Position numbers and translations under genes: made by a program. Below, piece after piece: positions 57,108-64,000 of a stretch of DNA of 64,000 nucleotides (position 1 is the stretch's first letter; every line of letters starts with the position of its first letter). The notes under the pieces were generated by a model, which was not told the DNA's origin, searched no databases, and saw only the letters and a program-made list of their open reading frames with translations. The stretch is from Octopus vulgaris (taxonomy: Eukaryota): positions 12,276,001 through 12,340,000 of the forward strand of contig OX597839.1 in assembly GCA_951406725.2 (NCBI GenBank). The letters are read 5' to 3'.

Positions 57108-58052
57108 TGTAGCGAATCTTGCATGCATGAAGTGGATTCGATCCACTATAGCCAGATTTAAATTAACACTGCAACAGAACTTTTCCCGCGATGGAACAAT
57201 GCTTTTTCTCTGACAGCACTTTTACATTTTCCAGATACCCTTTAGCTAGGCCGAAATAATGTCTTCACCACTTGACTCTTCCTAACCTCTTCTACGTCAC
57301 CAAAAGCTAGAAGAGATAACAAGACCACCAACTAAATCTATTGTTCTCAATGATATATCCATCCTTCTGGATCTTAATATAAGCAAGCACATCCGAAGCA
57401 AAAATCAGTTAGTCACCAACCGGCGACAACTCAACTAGGTCTGGCTGACCTACCTTTTTCTTTTTACTATCCACAAGGGGTTAAACACAGAGGGGACAAA
57501 CGGAATAAGTCGATTATATCGACCCCAGTGCGTAACTGGTACTTATTTAATCGACCCCGAAAGGATGAAAGGCAAAGTCCATCTCGGCAGAATTTGAACT
57601 CAGAACGTAGCGGCAGACGAAATACCGCAAAGCATTTCGCCCGGCGTGCTAACGTTTCTACCAACTCGCCGCCTAGGCTGACCTACCTTGGTCAGAGGGA
57701 GAAAGCAACTGTGAGACAAAACCCTATAATTCTCTCCAGCTCTAATTCTGTTCTCTTACAACATCAATCTATCTCTCTCAGCAATTACTACTAACCACAA
57801 AGAGAACCTAAACTCAAATATTCTACTGCGTCTAACTTCGCATGTTTTTGGATTTATCACAACCTGCTCGTCGAGGCAAGATATTTGTAACGTGACGGTA
57901 AATAAATACTTTCTTAAAGCTTTATACATTGTGCCTCTTTCACATCTTATCAACATGCAATTGCAACAACTTTTTATCGTTGCATCTAATGACTCCAACA
58001 TTTCATCAATAATAATGTTTACTAATCAATTTCTACCGTTACAATTGGTAAC
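57108..58052 (+). mobile_element. Probable LTR plus primer-binding site of an LTR retrotransposon, SINE-interrupted
   Basis: TGTAGCG start and CGTTACA end (58043) are imperfect inverted termini; AATAAA at 57901; followed by AT-TGGTAACCAC. Confidence 0.42.
57457..57675 (-). mobile_element. SINE family B with 14-bp TSD
   Basis: TSD GGCTGACCTACCTT at 57443-57456 and 57676-57689. Confidence 0.93.
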
Positions 58053-58137
58053 CACACCAAAACATAAAACCATTACACATATATGCATATATATTTGTAT
58101 ACATATATGTGTATATATATATGTCTGTCTGTCTGCC

Positions 58138-58182
<45 letters not shown>

Positions 58183-58200
58183 GCCTGCCTGCCTGCCTGC

Positions 58201-58268
<68 letters not shown>

Positions 58269-58280
58269 ATATATATAATA

Positions 58281-58397
58281 TGTAGAAGAGCGTAGGCTCG
58301 AAACGTAAAAGACTTTTTCTATTCCTGAGCGTTATACTAATACATTTGTTTGTTTTGTACACCACCTGTCTTCGTCTTTTGTTTTTTTCTAAACTCT

Positions 58398-58400
<3 letters not shown>
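58281..58400 (+). mobile_element. Family E short element, 5'-truncated at the hammerhead core
   Basis: TGTAGAAGAGCGTAGGCTCGAAACGTAAAAGAC...AAACTCTCCC then (TA)n. Confidence 0.7.
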
Positions 58401-58440
<40 letters not shown>

Positions 58441-58445
<5 letters not shown>

Positions 58446-58540
58446 GATGGGCTTCTTTTCGTTTCCGATCACCAAACCCACTGAATGTTTTGGACGACCC
58501 GAGGCCATAGCAGAAGACACCTGCCCAAGGTGCCACACAG
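58441..58540 (-). mobile_element. SINE family A fragment
   Basis: CGATGGGCTTCTTTTCGTTTCCG...GAAGACACCTGCCCAAGGTGCCAC. Confidence 0.75.
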
Positions 58541-58908
58541 TTACACCTGGCTCCCTCTCTCTATATACGCTCCCCCACGTATGAAGAAAGTATTCACGAA
58601 AAAGTGCACTTGCATTTAAAGACAGATGAAACAAATGTCAATCACCTCATATTTGTCAACATTCCCACTGACCCGCTTTTAAATTCAAACAGGATATTCA
58701 CCCCTGTCATGGATTAGACAACTTCAATGCTCACACACTCCAGTTTAGCAGTAAACAGTTACTTATGAAACATTTACGTATCAGTGCTCACAACATGTTT
58801 CAGAGCATTACATAACCTTAGACTTCTTCGTTTTGGCTCAATGAAAATTGATCAAGGTGTCTTCATTTTGCTTGCCGTTGACAGAATGACAACAGATGAT
58901 GGAAAATC

Positions 58909-59138
58909 GCGGTGAGCTGGCAGTAGCGTTAGCACGTCGGGCGAAATGCTTAGCGGTATTTTGCCTGTCGCTACGTTCTGAGTTCAAATTCCGCCGAGGT
59001 TGAATTTGCCTTTCATCCTTTCGGGGTTGATAAATTAAGTACCAGTTACGCACTGGGGTCAATGTAATCGACTTAATCCCTTTGTCTGTCCTTGTTTGTC
59101 CTCTCTGTGTTTAGCCCCTTGTGGGTGGTAAAGAAATA
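58909..59138 (+). mobile_element. SINE family B with 15-bp TSD
   Basis: TSD AGATGATGGAAAATC at 58894-58908 and 59139-59153. Confidence 0.93.
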
Positions 59139-59182
59139 AGATGATGGAAAATCAGAGCATTGATAGCGCTAATCATTAATTT

Positions 59183-59595
59183 CGCCGGGCGAAATGCGTA
59201 GCCGTAATTCGTCTGCCGTGACGTTTTGAGTTCAAATTCCGCCGAGGTCGACTTTGCCTTTCATCCTTTCGGGGTCGATAAATTAAGTACCAGATGCGCA
59301 CTGGGGTCGATGTAATCGACTTAATCCGTTTGTCCCCTCTGTGTTTAGCTCCTTGTGGGTAGTAAAGAAATAGGCATTTCGTCTATCTTTATGTTCTGAG
59401 TTCAAAATCCACTGAAATTGACTCCGCCTTTCATCTTTTCAGGATCGATAAAATAAGTACCAGTGTGCATATACACGTACCCCTCCCCGAAATTGCTGGC
59501 CTAGTGACAAAGTTTGAAGTCAATGTTACGTAATGAATTGAGACAGCAAGTTAGCAGAATCATTAGCGTGAGGGCAAAATGTTTAGCGGCATTTA
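59183..59595 (+). mobile_element. Truncated SINE family B copies in tandem
   Basis: B body at 59183-59375 and 59375-59525; head fragment 59548-59595. Confidence 0.82.
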
Positions 59596-59662
59596 TTCCG
59601 ATTCGTTACATTTAAGGTTGCCTTTAAAGTGGTGAGCAGGAGGATACACGTGGATGGAAAGG

Positions 59663-59705
59663 GTCGCTGAAGAGGTCACAGATGTGTGATGAAAGATTTC
59701 TAGAC
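59663..59705 (+). ncRNA. Minimal type I hammerhead ribozyme candidate with intact core
   Basis: GTCG-CTGAAGA-G-GTCACA-GATG-TGTGAT-GAAA-GATT-TC-TAGAC; AATAAA at 59734. Stems I and III are weak. Confidence 0.55.
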
Positions 59706-59832
59706 AACAGACATAAGATAAAATAAGAACAACAATAAACGAGAGAAGAACGAATATATATATTTGTTTCAACATACGGTTTCACACCAGGAATCTTGCA
59801 AAACAAGTTCATAAACGTATGTGTGCGTGCAT

Positions 59833-59876
<44 letters not shown>

Positions 59877-60849
59877 CCCCAAAATGGAACAAGAACGCAA
59901 CAGATGACAATAAAACATCCGGAGAGATAGACGATACGAAGACGGACAGGTAAAACATCAAAAAGACGGACAGGACAAAACAAGGATGGGCCATTCGAGG
60001 CCTTCTCACATCAGTCAAGTTTCCAGATTACCCTAACAGTTTCGGCTGGTTACACACGCACACACACATATATATATGCGTGTGTGTGTGTGTGTGTATG
60101 TACGTGTAAACGCACACACACATATACACACACATATATATATATATATGCATGCTGGCGAGACATTGGCCAACGAGAGGCTAGAGAAAACCCCAGTTGA
60201 CTTGGGGTTCTGCGCAATGTGGGCGAACCTGGAACCATTTGATTGCCAAATGAACTTATTAACTACTCAGCTAGTTAGCTAAGGAGAGAGGTTGGGGTCG
60301 TCAAAGATTAACTTCTGACATTATCTTCTTAGTCTTAGGGAAAGACGTTTTACGGAGATATACTTTTGTGGTCCTAAATGAATTGTGTTCATTTGGGCCT
60401 GTGATACAATCACGTACGCCTGCGAGTTCTATGTATTGAGGTATGTACACAGCTATTATGTCTCCTGAGCCGTCGTATAAATGCGTATATCTATATGTAT
60501 ATAAGCATATACATGTATATATGCGTGTGTATATGCGTATATATGTACGCGTGTAAATATATACATGCAAATGCAGTCTTTATATTATATACATATATAA
60601 CTATGTATTAAATACGTATGCATACTCATGTTACACATACATGTGTGTGTATATATATATATATATACACGTACACACAGATGCATATAATTATATGTAT
60701 ATGCAGCCTACATTTATACACATATACATACATATCTTTCTGTACTATATACATATGGATATTTATATTACACACACACTCACATACATCCACATATACA
60801 CACATATTCATACGCAAACATACGTCCATAAGCGTACACAAATACACAC

Positions 60850-61087
60850 ATACATATATACATACATATTCATATGCATACATATTGTGTGAATGTATGT
60901 ATGTATGTATGTATGTATGTATGTATGTATGTGCGTGTGTGTGTATGTAAGTACCTGTATGTATGTATGTATGTAAGTACACGTATGTGTGTATGTATGT
61001 ATGTATGTAAGTATGTATGTGTGCATGTATGTATGTATGTATGTATGTGTGTGTATGTATGTATGTATGTATGTATGTATATATGTA

Positions 61088-61122
<35 letters not shown>

Positions 61123-61145
61123 ATGTATGTATGTATGTATGTATA
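60850..61145. repeat. (GTAT)n compound microsatellite
   Basis: Direct reading. Confidence 0.95.
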
Positions 61146-61609
61146 CGATAGCTGAATGATTTAATAGAATGTACGTAAAATGGTTGCGGTTAGGCAGAAT
61201 CGGAAGAACAGCAGACTACCTTCTTTGTGGTGTCAAGACACACACACACAAAGGCATACTGGGTGTGTGAAGGCCTGTATATGCGTATGTGCGTTTGTGT
61301 GTATGTGTATGTATGAGCTTGTATGTGTGTGTAGATTACATGGCTTTGCGGATTTCTGTAAGAAACATATCTTTTTCCTAGACATGTAATACGGATGACT
61401 GAACATGGAAATGGATTTTAAAGAGAACATATCATCGTAGGATGGCGTATGTGGTGTGGCGATGTGGGTGGGTTGGGAACAGGCAGGCAGGGGGCTTATA
61501 GCGAGAGGAAGGATTGGCGGAGACAGGGTAGAGAACGGAGATGTGAAGAGGGGAAGTGGAAACGGAAAAACAAGAAGAGGAAGGAGAGGGAAATTAGCAA
61601 AAGGAATAA

Positions 61610-62110
61610 GTGGGAAGAAGAAAAAGAAGAAGAAGAAGAAGATGAAGAAGAAGAAGAAGAAGAAGAAGAAGAAGAAGAAGAAGAAGAAGAAGAAGAAGAA
61701 GAAGAAGAAGAAGAAGAAGAAGAAGAAGATGATGATGAAGAAGAAGAAGAAGAAGAAGAAGAAGAAGAAGAAGAAGACGGAGACGGAGAAGAAGAAGAAG
61801 AAGAAGAAGAAGAAGAAGAAGAAGAAGAAGAAGAAGAAGAAGACAAAGAAGAAGAAGAAAAAGGAGCAGAAGAAGGAGGAGGAGCAGGAGCAGGAGAAGA
61901 AGAAGAAGGAAAAGAAGAATAAGGAAAAGAAGAAGAAGAAGACGAAGATGAAGGAAAAGAAGTAGAAGGAGAAGAAGACGGAGGAGAAGAAGGGAGAGAG
62001 GAGGAAGAGGAAGAAAAAGAGAAAAAGGAAGAAGAGGGAGAAGGGAAAGAGGAGGAAGAGGAAGAAAAAGAGAAAGAGGAAGAAGAAAAGGAGGAAGAGG
62101 AGGAGGGTAG
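61610..62110 (+). repeat. (GAA)n and purine-rich degenerate repeat
   Basis: Direct reading; generates the poly-E/K/F/S/L ORFs. Confidence 0.95.
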
Positions 62111-62376
62111 CATAAAACAAAAGAAAAAGAGGTTAGAAAAACCCAGAAAACAAAAAAAAAGAGCAAAAGAGAAAATAAAAACACGTATAAATATTCAGAT
62201 TAAGTGTATATTTGTTTGTATGTGTGTATATATATGTGCGTGTGTGTGTGTTATATGTATATGTATATGTATATACATAACTGTGTGTCTATATATATAT
62301 ACATATATGTACTCATGCATATATGCATGTATTTATACATACATATATATACATGCATATATACATGCACACACAC

Positions 62377-62429
<53 letters not shown>

Positions 62430-62920
62430 AATCAGGGGTGCAGTCAGCCACAGCACATCCCTCCCAGCCCAGCCACGCCCATCCACATCCACATCTTACA
62501 TTATCTCGTTTTGCAAATATATTTACGCTTCATTCCTTGCCACAATCTCTTGAAGAAGTTCTTATAAGAATATTGATTGTTTGGTTGGAGTAAACCCGAA
62601 TATATTTATAAAAAAGCAAAAACAAGACAAAACAAAAGAGATGCAAACGTACAAGGGAGACGACGACAACAACAAAAACAAGAGTGTATTAAAAGAGAGA
62701 GAGAGAGAGAGAGAGAAAAAAAAACAACTCCCCGCCCCAGAAAAATGTCGTATTTCTTCCATATTAACCCCAAATCTTCTCTATCTCAAGAAGATAATGA
62801 AAAAATGGAAAGCATATGAAGTAAGATAGACATTAAAAATATATCTGAAATATACGCGATAAACGAATGGAAAAAATATATATATTATAAGTCTTGGTGA
62901 ATGTTGCGTGCGAGCTCTGC

Positions 62921-62962
<42 letters not shown>

Positions 62963-63317
62963 TGTTTAAGTATGCGTGTATTTGTTCCACGTGTCGATGT
63001 TTAAGCAGGTATATATGTATGTAAGTGTATGCATATACATATATGTTTGTAGTACACAGTTCTATGGATACTTATATGTATATATGTGCATACATTCACA
63101 TACATACATACACACACACATATATATATACATACACACACATACATAAGCACACACACACATATATTTAAAATCACGTACATTTATACGTGTATGAAAA
63201 TATATATGCACACATGCATACATACATACATACATACATATATACATACATACATACATACACATACATGCAGACATACATATGCATGTAAAAATATACG
63301 TACGTATAGTTTTGAAT

Positions 63318-63349
<32 letters not shown>

Positions 63350-64000
63350 CACTATCAAGTATAGTGTGTATATACATATATGTAGAGAGAGAGAGGAGGG
63401 AAGAAAGAGATGGATAGCTATGCATTTATAAGCATGTAGATGTGTGTGTGTGTTTATATTCACTAATACATACATACACACACTCAGTAGCGCACACACA
63501 CATATATAAATATGTGTGTATATAGACAGGTGTATACATAAACATAAAAACGTATATAATTGATAATCCTTGCAAAAAGGATTACATTTGAAGCTTTAGC
63601 TTACACAATTTTTACCTCTATTGCTGAAGACACAATATGTGACGGCCGCCATATTTTTTCATAGATAATTTTTTTCCCTTTCTAAATTCCGTCCTTCTTT
63701 TTTCGGTGGATGCTTTCAAATCATATCCATTCTTCTCTCCTTTCATTTACATTCTATGATTCCTTTACTGTTTGAGGAATGTTTTTCCATTATGGTCTTT
63801 TAGTTTATTATACAATATTTTTATTTGCATATAATATAATATATAATATATGCATGTATGTATGTATGTATGTATGTATGTATGTATGTATGTATGTATG
63901 TATGTATGTATGTATGTATGTATGTATGTATGTATGTATTCATGAATGCATGTATGTATATATGTATGTATTCATGCATGTATGTACATATGTATATATA

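Noticed and set aside
60370-60400. 12-bp hairpin GGTCCTAAATGAA/TTCATTTGGGCC
   Set aside because: Too short for a pre-miRNA and plausible by chance in 64 kb.
61233-62184. Poly-E/K/F/S ORFs up to 295 aa
   Set aside because: (GAA)n repeat.
63624-63645. CTGAAGA followed by CACA/TGTG hairpin
   Set aside because: No GAAA after the stem.

Overview
Repeat-saturated, apparently non-coding animal DNA. From recall, the SINE families and extreme microsatellite load look like an octopus (coleoid cephalopod) genome; this is an inference, not a database result. No intact cellular protein-coding gene can be supported: nearly all ORFs in the track are read-throughs of microsatellites or SINEs. Supportable content: four tRNA-derived SINE families (working labels A-D) with swapped modules; three non-autonomous Helitrons; an internally deleted mariner; an internally deleted DD37D (maT) transposon; a Merlin-like MITE with 8-bp TSD; three LINE relics (R4/Dong-like, CCHC-ended I-group-like, CR1-like); a probable LTR plus PBS; and many simple repeats. 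The most notable signal is about a dozen minimal type-I hammerhead-ribozyme-like motifs of the Penelope/retrozyme terminal-repeat architecture. They sit in short non-coding elements, mostly next to microsatellites; one has an intact core (59663-59705) and a three-copy family shares a variant core. Also notable: SINE tail type tracks insertion-site type, a roughly 240-bp fold-back palindrome, one candidate exon and one candidate pre-miRNA-like hairpin. Coordinates were counted by eye and may be off by a few bases.
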